A stretch of 63,886 bases of DNA, filler included, from Octopus bimaculoides (taxonomy: Eukaryota): NCBI RefSeq assembly GCF_001194135.2. It is 4 parts of 4 records of this genome, joined end to end, with 100 filler letters (N's around TTAATTAATTAA, not from the genome) between each part and the next. Parts side by side here need not be neighbours in the genome. Positions count along the whole stretch, not along the records: positions 1 to 19,735 come from NC_069008.1; 3 more parts are not named here. The stretch is one strand, 5' to 3'. The translations under genes were made by a program, and so were the position numbers. Below, piece after piece: positions 1 through 10,550 of the stretch. The notes beneath the pieces are model-generated. The model saw only the letters and a program-made list of their open reading frames with translations. It was not told the DNA's origin and did no database searches. Position 1 is the stretch's first letter, and each line of letters begins with the position of its first letter.

Positions 1-175
1 GCTCCGGCAGGGTGTGGTGGCGACCCCTGTTGTACTCTTTCGCCCCAACTTTCTCTCATTTCTTCCTGTTTCTTGAGTATGGGCTGGCGTCCAGTCCAGC
101 TGGGAGGAACACATACGCCATAGAAACCGGGAAACCGGGCCCATGAACCTGGGTAGGTTTTAAAAGGGTGCATAA
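1..175 (+). mobile_element. SINE fragment (central domain 'core 2' + tail 'B'), 5' end outside window
   Basis: Bases 1-75 align to the reverse complement of 62570-62645, which lies inside a tRNA-headed SINE. Bases 90-160 resemble the tail at 17062-17150. Confidence 0.6.
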
Positions 176-1454
176 ATGATATTATTTTTGGTGAATGAAT
201 TGTGATCAGAACCTAGCCTGGTAATATAAGATGTGTTTGTACCAAGTCTATATCAAATAGAATGTATATGTCCAGGTGTATATTAAAAACTAGTTTCAGC
301 TTATTTTTTTTTAATGTTTGCTGTGGTTCTTTTGATGAGACGGGTATACTAGTAGTGAATAAAAAAAATAAATCCAGTATTTACAAAGTACAGAACGTAA
401 AATTATCCACTCACACACATCATGTGTGTGTATGTGCTTGGGTTTGTATATAGTCAATCCAAACATGAACAAGCAAGAAAAAACACGAAAAAACAACAAC
501 GCGAGGACGTGGAATAAGTACAGTGTTATTGGACGCTCAGGAAAGGAAAGAAAAGAAAGAGGATTTAACGTTTCGAGTGGAGATCTTCGTCAGAAATATA
601 GAAAAAATCCAAAGAAGGGAAGACGGAGAAAGAAAATCGCCAACGATGTATATGTATATGTATNNNNNNNNNNNNNNNNNNNNNNNNNNNNNNNNNNNNN
701 NNNNNNNNNNNNNNNNNNNNNNNNNNNNNNNNNNNNNNNNNNNNNNNNNNNNNNNNNNNNNNNNNNNNNNNNNNNNNNNNNNNNNNNNNNNNNNNNNNNN
801 NNNNNNNNNNNNNNNNNNNNNNNNNNNNNNNNNNNNNNNNNNNNNNNNNNNNNNNNNNNNNNNNNNNNNNNNNNNNNNNNNNNNNNNNNNNNNNNNNNNN
901 NNNNNNNNNNNNNNNNNNNNNNNNNNNNNNNNNNNNNNNNNNNNNNNNNNNNNNNNNNNNNNNNNNNNNNNNNNNNNNNNNNNNNNNNNNNNNNNNNNNN
1001 NNNNNNNNNNNNNNNNNNNNNNNNNNNNNNNNNNNNNNNNNNNNNNNNNNNNNNNNNNNNNNNNNNNNNNNNNNNNNNNNNNNNNNNNNNNNNNNNNNNN
1101 NNNNNNNNNNNNNNNNNNNNNNNNNNNNNNNNNNNNNNNNNNNNNNNNNNNNNNNNNNNNNNNNNNNNNNNNNNNNNNNNNNNNNNNNNNNNNNNNNNNN
1201 TGTTAATACGTGTTCGTTTGTATTTGTTTTTATTTATTTATTTGTTCATGTGTGTGTTTTTTTGTTTTTTTTTGTGTTTAATTAAATTTTGTTAACGTAT
1301 GTAGTATTTAATTCCATTTGTTTATCTATGTATTGTATTATATTTTGTTCATATTATTATTGGTTTATGGGTAACATGTTGTCACATGCTGTGGTTTGTG
1401 GTTTGTTAGTGGTGTGTGTTAGTGTTCCATTCTAGTTTCCTATTCATATATATA

Positions 1455-1509
<55 letters not shown>

Positions 1510-1522
1510 GTATCTATGTGAA

Positions 1523-1841
1523 GGCACATGGCTCAGTGGTTTGGGTATTTGGTTCACAATCGTAAGGACGTGAGTTCGATACCTGACGGTGTGTTGTGTC
1601 CTTGAGCAAGACACTTTATTTCATGTTGCTCAAGTTCACTCAGCTGGTAAAAATGAATATTACCTGTATTTCAAAGTGCCAACCTCGTCACATTCTGTGT
1701 CATGCTGAATCTCCCTGAGAACTACACGAAGGGTATGCGTGTTTGCGGAGTACTCAGCCACTTGCACATTAATTTCATGAATAGACTGGTCCGTTGATCG
1801 GATCAACGGGAACACTCGTCGTCGTGACCGACGGAGTGCCA
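1523..1841 (+). mobile_element. SINE family A (tRNA-like head), near full length
   Basis: A-box-like TGGCTCAGTGG, B-box-like GAGTTCGATACC, then TTGTGTCCTTGAGCAAGACACTTTA core. Homologous copies at 37401, 38967, 55160 and (tail only) 62392. Confidence 0.85.
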
Positions 1842-1869
1842 GTTTATGTATGTATGTCTGTCTTGCCTT

Positions 1870-2352
1870 GTAATGGCATTCACCTGAGAGGAGTTAAGCT
1901 GGCTCCTATAGAGTTCACCGTGCCCATGTAGATCTGTCGGCGGCCGATTCTGCAGCATTTTGAAGTCATTCCCGTTACCAGCGATGAATGCCAAACACTC
2001 GAGGGGTGGAAACGAGCTCCTTATTTGCTTAGACTGTTGTGAGTCGCGTCTTCAGCTGACCACCTCTCTTCTTTTGCTAACTAGGGGGAAGCTCTGGTGC
2101 TATTGCCTTCCAGACGAGCTCGTCATGGGGGCGCCGCAAAGCATGACCAAACCACCATAGTGTCCTCGTCAGAAGAGTTCCCTCAAGAGGTGAAAGACCG
2201 CAGCGAGTGTAAAGTTGTCGGTTCGAAACGCAGTCTGAGATAAGTAGTTGGAGAAGACAGCGAATGCAGAAGCGATCGAATCCCTTACAGCTTCTGGACT
2301 CAGCAACATGCATTGACCAGGTCTCGCAAAAAATAGAGACGAACCGTTCGGA
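1870..2352 (-). mobile_element. RTE-clade LINE 3' fragment (post-RT C-terminal region), decayed
   Basis: Minus translation CETWSMHVAESRSCKGFDRFCIRCLLQLLISDCVSNRQLYTRCGLSPLEGTLLTRTLWWFGHALRR..KRGGQLKT matches the RTE pattern YGCETW...F..RCLR.IL.I...D.VSN..V..R......RL.WFGHV.R...R.RGGQ.KTW. In-frame stops; (CATA)n tail at its 3' end. Confidence 0.8.
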
Positions 2353-2377
2353 CAAGCGCCAATGTATGTATGTATGT

Positions 2378-2466
2378 CATTATGCAGTTTTATTTCAAGA
2401 TTCCTTGCCAATAGAGAAAGAACCAGTTTCTCACCTAAATCCAAGGCTTCTTCATTGAAATTTTCA
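2378..2466 (-). mobile_element. Short repeat family G next to (TATG)n (copy 1)
   Basis: Shares TTTATTTCAAGA..AATAGAGAAAGAACC.GTTTCT.ACCTA.ATCCAAGG with 7157-7260 and 8314-8424. Confidence 0.65.
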
Positions 2467-2635
2467 AGAGTGGCTGTGTGGTACGTAGCTTGCTTACCAA
2501 CCACATGGTTCCGGGTTCAGTCCCACTGTGTGGCATCTTGGGCAAGTGTCTTCTACTATAGCCTCGGGCCGACCAAAGCCTTGTGAGGGGATTTGGTAGA
2601 CGGAAACTGAAAGAAGCCCGTCGTATATATATATG

Positions 2636-2721
<86 letters not shown>

Positions 2722-2920
2722 TGTGTCTGTGTTTGTCGCCCCAACATCGCTTGACAACCGATGCTGGTGTGTTTACGTCCCTGTAACTTAGCAGTTCGGC
2801 AAAAGAGACCGATAGAAAAAGTACTAGGCTTACAAAGATTAAGTGTTGGGTCTTGATTTGCTCGACTAAAGGTGGTGCTCCAGCATGGCCGCAGTCAAAT
2901 GACTGAAACAAGTAAAAGAG
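2467..2920 (+). mobile_element. SINE family B with internal (TA)n/(TG)n microsatellite, full length
   Basis: Head GAGTGGCTGTGTGG...GGTTCAGTCCCAC, CORE-like TTGGGCAAGTGTCTT motif, internal microsatellite, tail ...GACTGAAACAAGTAAAAGAG. More than 10 homologous copies or halves in the window. Confidence 0.85.
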
Positions 2921-3831
2921 AGAAAAGAGAGAGAGAGACACTGAAATGCATATTGCTAGTGTTAAGATTATAGAGAGAGAGAGAGGGAGAGAGAGAGAGG
3001 GGGAGGTTCGGTAGCCCCTCTCTTCTCTCTCACCACCACCATGTGGTAGTCGTGGTTATACTGGTTGTGTGAAGCGCTTCGACACATCTTGTTGAGTGTG
3101 TATCCGTATGTGTGTATGCCCGGGTGGTGGTGGTGATGGTTTAAAGAGATGTACTTCTTCAACTGTTGTTAAGTGTTGTGATAACAAGGTGACCTCCAGC
3201 GCATACACTGCTCTCTCTCTCTCTCTCTCTCTCTCTTTTCAGACCACTACTACCACCACGACAATTGCTGTTATCCGTTATCCTACCGTGGTACAAACTC
3301 CACCACCACCACCACCAACAACAACAACTACAACACCACCACCACAACAACATCACACAACCCACTCATGAAAGAAGCGCTCTATGTTTACTCAACCTGT
3401 TAGAAATAGAAGCCAACGTCTCCTTGAAATCACACCCTACGGCATTTATGTACTGTGTATGTATGTATGTTTGTACGAATGAACTTATGAAGACCTCTCC
3501 CAGAGATACAAGAGGTGGAACCGAGAACAATATCAATTTCCCTTCAAATTACAGCCGACATCGTACGTACGTACATATGTAATGTAAGTATACAATGTGT
3601 GCATGTATGTATGCATGTATGTAATGTATGTATGTATGGTAATGCATGTATGTATGGTAATGCATGTATGTATGTATGTATGTATGTACGTACGTATGTA
3701 CTTATGTATGTATGTGTGTATGTATGTATGTGTCTATGTAGGCATTTATGTATGTATGTACGCACGTATGTATGTATGGTAATGCCACCTTCACCATCTT
3801 TATAATAATAATAATAATAATGATAATAATA

Positions 3832-4107
3832 ATGTGGAATCTAAAAACAGGAACAATTCCTATCATAGTAGGTGCCTTAGGTATAATAAAAAAATATTCA
3901 GACAAATACATAACAAAAACACCAGGACTTACAAATATATATAACATAGAGAAAATTGCATCACTGGGCACTGCACACATCCTACGCAAAACACTTTCAA
4001 TACAGTAACCATAAGAGCATTACAGCAAACCACAGCACATACCCAAGGCGCACAGAGCTGCGCTCGGTAGTGAAGGGAAAGCACGTTATAAAAATAAAAC
4101 TACTGAA
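3832..4107 (+). mobile_element. R4/Dong-like non-LTR retrotransposon 3' end (C-terminus of restriction-like endonuclease domain + 3' UTR), copy 1
   Basis: MWNLKTGTIPIIVGALGIIKKYSDKYITKTPGLTNIYNIEKIASLGTAHILRKTLSIQ* matches the P(I/V)(I/V)(V/I)GALG...(Q/E)K...LGTA.ILRK.L end typical of REL-bearing elements. Flanked both sides by (TAA)n. Confidence 0.8.
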
Positions 4108-4488
4108 CAATAATAATAATAATAATAATAATAAATCATACTCTGGGATATGCCAATACGCANNNNNNNNNNNNNNNNNNNNNNNNNNNNNNNNNNNNNN
4201 NNNNNNNNNNNNNNNNNNNNNNNNNNNNNNNNNNNNNNNNNNNNNNNNNNNNNNNNNNNNNNNNNNNNNNNNNNNNNNNNNNNNNNNNNNNNNNNNNNNN
4301 NNNNNNNNNNNNNNNNNNNNNNNNNNNNNNNNNNNNNNNNNNNNNNNNNNNNNNNNNNNNNNNNNNNNNNNNNNNNNNNNNNNNNNNNNNNNNNNNNNNN
4401 NNNNNNNNNNNNNNNNNNNNNNNNNNNNNNNNNNNNNNNNNNNNNNNNNNNNNNNNNNNNNNNNNNNNNNNNNNNNNNNNNNNNNNTA

Positions 4489-4763
4489 ATGTGGAATCTA
4501 AAAACAGGAACAATTCCTATCATAGTAGGTGCCTTAGGTATAATAAAAAAATATTCAGACAAATACATAACAAAAACACCAGGACTTACAAATATATATA
4601 ACTTAGAGAAAATTGCACTCCTGGGCACTGCACACATCCTACGCAAAACACTTTCAATACAGTAAACATAAGAGCACCACAGCAAACCACAGCACATACC
4701 CAAGGCACACGGAGCTGCGCTCGGTGGTGAAGTGAAAGCACGTTATAAAAATAAAACTACTGA
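4489..4763 (+). mobile_element. R4/Dong-like 3' end, copy 2
   Basis: Same translation with substitutions (NLEKIALLGTAH versus NIEKIASLGTAH), ending in (TAA)n. Confidence 0.8.
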
Positions 4764-4794
4764 ATAATAATAATATTAATAATAATAATAATAG

Positions 4795-5059
4795 TCCTTT
4801 CTACTGAAGGGACAACGCTTGAAATTTGGGGACTGGTTGAATACATTGAGTCCATTGATCAACTGATACTTTATTTATCAGCCCTGAAAGGATAAAGGGC
4901 AAAGTTGACCTCGACAGAATTTGAACTCAGAACATAAAGACAGACGAAATACTGCCCAGCATGCTAATGATTCAGCCAGCTCACCACTTAATTATAATAA
5001 TAATAATAATAATCTTTTCTACTCTAAGCACAAGGCCCGAAATTTTGGGGGAGGGGGCC

Positions 5060-5090
<31 letters not shown>

Positions 5091-5240
5091 GATAATAATA
5101 ATAATAATAATAATCCTTTCTATTATAAGGCCTGAAATTTTTAAAGGAAGGGGGATAGTCCTTGATTATATTGACCCCAGTGTTCAATTGGTACTTATTT
5201 CAATGACCCCAAAGGATGAAAGACAAAATTGACCTTGGCA
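4795..5240 (-). mobile_element. Two decayed SINE family D copies separated by (TAA)n
   Basis: Contain GAAAGGAT(G)AAAGGCAAAGTTGACCTCG..AGAATTTGAACTCAGAAC, the reverse complement of the D head/core seen intact at 57265. Confidence 0.65.
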
Positions 5241-5300
5241 AGAATAATAATGGTTTCTAATTTAGGGGACAGGTAAGTGAATATCAACAACTCCAGCATC

Positions 5301-5339
<39 letters not shown>

Positions 5340-5406
5340 TAATAATAATGAAAATGATAATAATAGTAATAATGATGATAATAATAATAATTATAATAAT
5401 AATAAT

Positions 5407-5962
5407 TCCCGGATGCAGTACCAGGCAGTGGCTCTCATGGCTTCTGATCTTAACTGATTGGAAGTGTTATCATGTTCATTGTTTTGTCTTGGTATAAAAA
5501 GATGGGGCTACAGCAAATATTCTGCTCAATACCACAGATTTGCTTGTCAGTTGTTTGACCTTAACCAGTTGAGCATGTCCCTTGGTGGCTGACGATATGT
5601 GCATCTCTGGTCACGAGCAGAAGTAGTGGGGGAGCATCATAGCCATGTGTTGAGAGGAATTCTTTGGGGTTTGAATAATTCACCTTTGGAAACATGGGTG
5701 TTTTGCTCAACACCCTTAAACAAACCTTATTCAAGGACCTTTTGAACGGGATAGGCTACTCGACCTGCAGAAAATTCTAACTGGGCCCCACCTGCGAGGT
5801 CATGCGCTGTTTATCTTGATATGAGATCACCATGTCGTACACATATGGTTGAGATGCATGTGCCTGGTCTACCCTTATCAGACGGGTAGACATGATGGCT
5901 ATAATGGGCTTCGTATATTTTACCCCAGTGTCACTTTGATGGCATGCACTGCTCTCTCACTC
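5407..5962 (+). mobile_element. Family E: ~555-bp non-coding interspersed element embedded in (TAA)n
   Basis: Collinear reverse-complement homologue at 58902-59444. Both copies have TAA repeats on both sides. Strand is assigned from the TAA tail only. Confidence 0.75.
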
Positions 5963-5996
<34 letters not shown>

Positions 5997-5999
5997 GTT

Positions 6000-6250
6000 T
6001 CTAGTTTAGGTATGAGGGCAACAGTTTTTGAGGGGAGGAGTATCATTGATACTATCAATCACAACGCTTAGCACTAGACTGGTATTTTATTTCATCGACC
6101 CCTGCCAAAATATTAAAAAAAAAAAAAAAAAATTCAAAGCATTGTTGGCCTCTGTAGGATTTGAACTCAAAACATAAACAGCAAGGGTATATACTGCAAG
6201 GCACTCCCCACCCCTACATTCTACTGTTTCCACCAATCCATTGCATTTGT
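6000..6250 (-). mobile_element. SINE family D, decayed
   Basis: GGATTTGAACTCA.AAC (reverse B box) and TTTCATCGACCCC core motifs. Confidence 0.55.
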
Positions 6251-6252
6251 TG

Positions 6253-6283
<31 letters not shown>

Positions 6284-6876
6284 GAAAGAAAATATTGTAA
6301 TGAAGATAATGTACATTTAATACTCGTTGTATTTTCTCATTGACCCCTGACCCAGCTCCTCAATCTAGGTTACTCACTGCTGGTGGATGCGGTGGTGGTG
6401 GTGATGGGTGAGGGGAAGTGCGGTGTAGGGTCCGAGGGGTAAGAGTTCAGATATCATGGCTCACTGTTACAGGAGCTGGGGTGTGTTTGGCTCACAGTGT
6501 ATCAACGGAATACCACTTACGCTCTACCCCACCACACCACCTTCGTGGCCTAGTCATCATCTTCTAAGTGGGATATTTGTTCATTCAGTGATAACATCAT
6601 ATATACGTACATATATATACACACACACACACATATATATACACATATATATATAATGAAGCATGGCAGTGAAGTACAGGCCTCTTCAGTGATATCATAT
6701 CTTCCTTACACACACACACACACACACACACATTTATGTGTATGTACATGTGTGTGTGTGAATAAATATATATAGGTTTGTGATTGGCCATGTGTATGTA
6801 TATATATAAATGTATAAATAGGTATGTGGTTGGATATGTGTATGTATATATATATATGTGTGTATGNNNNNNNNNN

Positions 6877-6913
<37 letters not shown>

Positions 6914-7156
6914 CATACGTTTGTATATGTATGTATCTATAAGTTGTATGGATGAAGTCAAACCAAATAGTAATACTTTGAAATCATTTTTGCACATGTT
7001 ACAGGCGTGCGAAATATTAATAGAAATTCACCAATTACGTAAGACCTTCCTCTGTTAGAACATTCGAAAATATAAACCAGTTGATGGAAATATTTCAAGA
7101 TATATGGTCGAAGCAGTAAGTCAGCTAAGATATATGTATGTATGTATGTATGTATG

Positions 7157-7260
7157 ACATTTTTCAGTTTTATTTCAAAATTTCTTCCTAATACGGAAAG
7201 AACCGGTTTCTAACCTAGATCCAAGGCTCTTTCATTGGAATTTCAACGTCAACAACAAAG
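7157..7260 (-). mobile_element. Short repeat family G (copy 2), within (TATG)n
   Basis: Homologous to 2378-2466 and 8314-8424; TATG repeats on both sides. Confidence 0.65.
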
Positions 7261-7344
7261 TTTTTTGTTCGTGTGTATGTATGTATGTATCTGTATGTAT
7301 ATGTGCGTGTGTGTTTGTATGTATGCATGTTTATTTATACATAC

Positions 7345-7375
<31 letters not shown>

Positions 7376-7385
7376 NNNNNNNNNN

Positions 7386-7420
<35 letters not shown>

Positions 7421-7641
7421 TGTATGTATATATATGTGTGTGTGTATAAATATATATAGATATGTGGATGGATATATGTTTGTATGAATATATATGAGTG
7501 TGAATACATATGAATAAACCTGTATGTATATAAGAAAATATTACATGTACATATAGTATACATATACATACATACATATATATACGCATGTATATATAAT
7601 ATATATATATATAGATAGATAGATAGAGATATATGCGTGTG

Positions 7642-7695
<54 letters not shown>

Positions 7696-7812
7696 CGTGT
7701 GTGTGTGTGTGTGTGTGAGAAAATCTGATGATATGATAAACTTGACAGTGGTCTATAATTGACTGCTAAACCCATTAAATGTACATATATAATAAGTTAT
7801 AGTTACCTCCTT

Positions 7813-8115
7813 CATCATCATCATCATCATCATCATCATCGTTTAACGTCTGCCTTCCATGCTAGCATGGGTTGGACGATTTGACTGAGGACTGGTGAAA
7901 CCGGATGGCAACACCAGGCTCCAATCTAATTTGGCAGTGTTTCTACAGCTGGATGCCCTTCCTAACGCCAACCACTCAGAGAGTGTAGTGGGTGCTTTTA
8001 CGTGGCACCCGCACGAAAACGGCCACCCTCGAAATGGTGTCTTTTATGTGCCACCCGCACAAGAGCCAGTCCAGGGGCACTGGCAACGATCTCGCTCGAA
8101 AACCCTACAAAGGCC
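7813..8115 (-). mobile_element. Family C element (hairpin-unit array + (GAT)n tail)
   Basis: Reverse complement of 10551-10913; (CAT)n on the left, about 2.3 internal units. Confidence 0.8.
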
Positions 8116-8313
8116 TTAAACACATCAATATATAACAGCTTATACACCCTTTAACACAAGGGTGCTTTGTACACTTTAGTGTTTATACATGTAAAACACT
8201 ACACATGCTGCAGAATAATGTATGTATACAAGCACACACACACTCACACACACACACACACACACATTTATACACATATGTATGCATGCAAGTATGTATG
8301 TATGTATGTATGT

Positions 8314-8424
8314 GATTTCTTAGGTTTATTTCAAAATTTCTTGTTAATAGAGAAAGAATTGGTTTCTAACCTAAATCCAAAGGTAACTTCTTTAGAATTC
8401 TAACAACATCAAAAGAGTATTTTT
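8314..8424 (-). mobile_element. Short repeat family G (copy 3), within (TATG)n
   Basis: Homologous to 2378-2466 and 7157-7260. Confidence 0.6.
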
Positions 8425-8745
8425 GCATGTATGTGTGTTAATGTGCAGTGTTTGGTTTCAGTGTATCTGCATATGTGTATGTTTTGATTTATGTATGTAT
8501 AAACATGCATATGGTTCCATATCCAAAAATGTGCATATATAGGGAGAATTCACAAAAAATAAAAAACAAAGGACGAAGACAGGTGCTGTAGACAACAAAC
8601 AGATGTATTAGTATAACGCTTGGGAATTGAAAAAGTCTTTAATGTTTCGAGCCTACGCTCTTCCACAGAAAGGAACACAGAAAAAAACAAGGAGAGAAAA
8701 TAAAGAATGTGTAGTGGCTAGCGATCTATCATGGCGAATATATGC

Positions 8746-8918
8746 TTAAATGATAAACTTCTGAAAAGTTTTACAGATTTTTACAGTTCCAGTGATGGCT
8801 TGGATCTGTAGTCTTCGAATCAGCTTTCTCCTTTCTGGTTTTGAGAAGCCTAATTTCTCAAGATTGGTATTTAGGTAGTGTGTTACATATCTCAGTGGCC
8901 CAATAATTACAGGTATAA
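8746..8918 (-). mobile_element. R4/Dong-like (REL) non-LTR retrotransposon C-terminal fragment, second subfamily
   Basis: IPVIIGPLRYVTHYLNTNLEKLGFSKPERRKLIRRLQIQAITGTVKICKTFQKFII* is homologous to the peptide at 43830-43955 (QLIRTLQIQAVSGTVKLCKIFLKF). Truncated by a gap. Confidence 0.7.
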
Positions 8919-9902
8919 NNNNNNNNNNNNNNNNNNNNNNNNNNNNNNNNNNNNNNNNNNNNNNNNNNNNNNNNNNNNNNNNNNNNNNNNNNNNNNNNNN
9001 NNNNNNNNNNNNNNNNNNNNNNNNNNNNNNNNNNNNNNNNNNNNNNNNNNNNNNNNNNNNNNNNNNNNNNNNNNNNNNNNNNNNNNNNNNNNNNNNNNNN
9101 NNNNNNNNNNNNNNNNNNNNNNNNNNNNNNNNNNNNNNNNNNNNNNNNNNNNNNNNNNNNNNNNNNNNNNNNNNNNNNNNNNNNNNNNNNNNNNNNNNNN
9201 NNNNNNNNNNNNNNNNNNNNNNNNNNNNNNNNNNNNNNNNNNNNNNNNNNNNNNNNNNNNNNNNNNNNNNNNNNNNNNNNNNNNNNNNNNNNNNNNNNNN
9301 NNNNNNNNNNNNNNNNNNNNNNNNNNNNNNNNNNNNNNNNNNNNNNNNNNNNNNNNNNNNNNNNNNNNNNNNNNNNNNNNNNNNNNNNNNNNNNNNNNNN
9401 NNNNNNNNNNNNNNNNNNNNNNNNNNNNNNNNNNNNNNNNNNNNNNNNNNNNNNNNNNNNNNNNNNNNNNNNNNNNNNNNNNNNNNNNNNNNNNNNNNNN
9501 NNNNNNNNNNNNNNNNNNNNNNNNNNNNNNNNNNNNNNNNNNNNNNNNNNNNNNNNNNNNNNNNNNNNNNNNNNNNNNNNNNNNNNNNNNNNNNNNNNNN
9601 NNNNNNNNNNNNNNNNNNNNNNNNNNNNNNNNNNNNNNNNNNNNNNNNNNNNNNNNNNNNNNNNNNNNNNNNNNNNNNNNNNNNNNNNNNNNNNNNNNNN
9701 NNNNNNNNNNNNNNNNNNNNNNNNNNNNNNNNNNNNNNNNNNNNNNNNNNNNNNNNNNNNNNNNNNNNNNNNNNNNNNNNNNNNNNNNNNNNNNNNNNNN
9801 NNNNNNNNNNNNNNNNNNNNNNNNNNNNNNNNNNNNNNNNNNNNNNNNNNNNNNNNNNNNNNNNNNNNNNNNNNNNNNNNNNNNNNNNNNNNNNNNNNNN
9901 NN

Positions 9903-10177
9903 ATGTTTGGCAATGCTTTCGAATCCATTGTTGGATGTTATCAGCTTCGTTTGGAAAGTGAAGGAAGGCAGTTTGAACATTTGCAAACACGCAGGAATGA
10001 GAGAAAACATTGAATAATTCTAAAATTACAATAAATAATCGTTTCTACAACAATTTATTTTCCTGAATTTAATTTAACTTTTCAGGATTGTATGTATATC
10101 AATAAACATCTACTTGAACACAAAATGCATGAGTACTGGGAAGTCAAAGAGTGAATACATCTTTCTGGGACACCCTG
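9903..10177 (+). mobile_element. Tc1/mariner-superfamily DNA transposon 3' end
   Basis: MFGNAFESIVGCYQLRLESEGRQFEHL resembles the transposase C-terminal ..EG..FEHL. Ends CTTTCTGGGACACCCTG|TA, i.e. TIR CAGGGTGTCCCAG followed by a TA target. Confidence 0.55.
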
Positions 10178-10550
10178 TATATATGTATTTGAATAGTAAC
10201 AGTGGTTGAGTTGTACTTAGTATTATTTTCTCTAAGATACAATTCTATACTGGTCAATTCTATCCTGGTCAATTGTGGAGTAATGATTTATGGTGTGGAC
10301 TGAAAGTTCAATACATCAAACTTATTACTGGTTTTATCTTGAGAATGAGTGTTTGGATTATTGTAGCATCAAGAATATGGAGAGAAAAGATAACAAATGA
10401 GCTTGTAGTAGGAATATTTGGGATTTCCCAAACCCCTAAAAATTGAACTTTGATCACTATTCGATGGAAAAATGACTAGACAACACAAATGCAATGTGTC
10501 CAATTATTGATGACGTCACAAAATAAAAAATGAAAAATGACCACTCAGGT

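Noticed and set aside
426-1295. Long ORFs in the supplied track (this and all X-filled ones)
   Set aside because: They are open only because they run through N gaps.
1523-1600. tRNA gene
   Set aside because: A/B boxes are present but there is no complete cloverleaf, and it continues into a multi-copy SINE body. The same applies to the other SINE heads.
5268-5278. Perfect CAG|gtaagt donor
   Set aside because: It lies within a decayed SINE D tail among TAA repeats, with no upstream exon.
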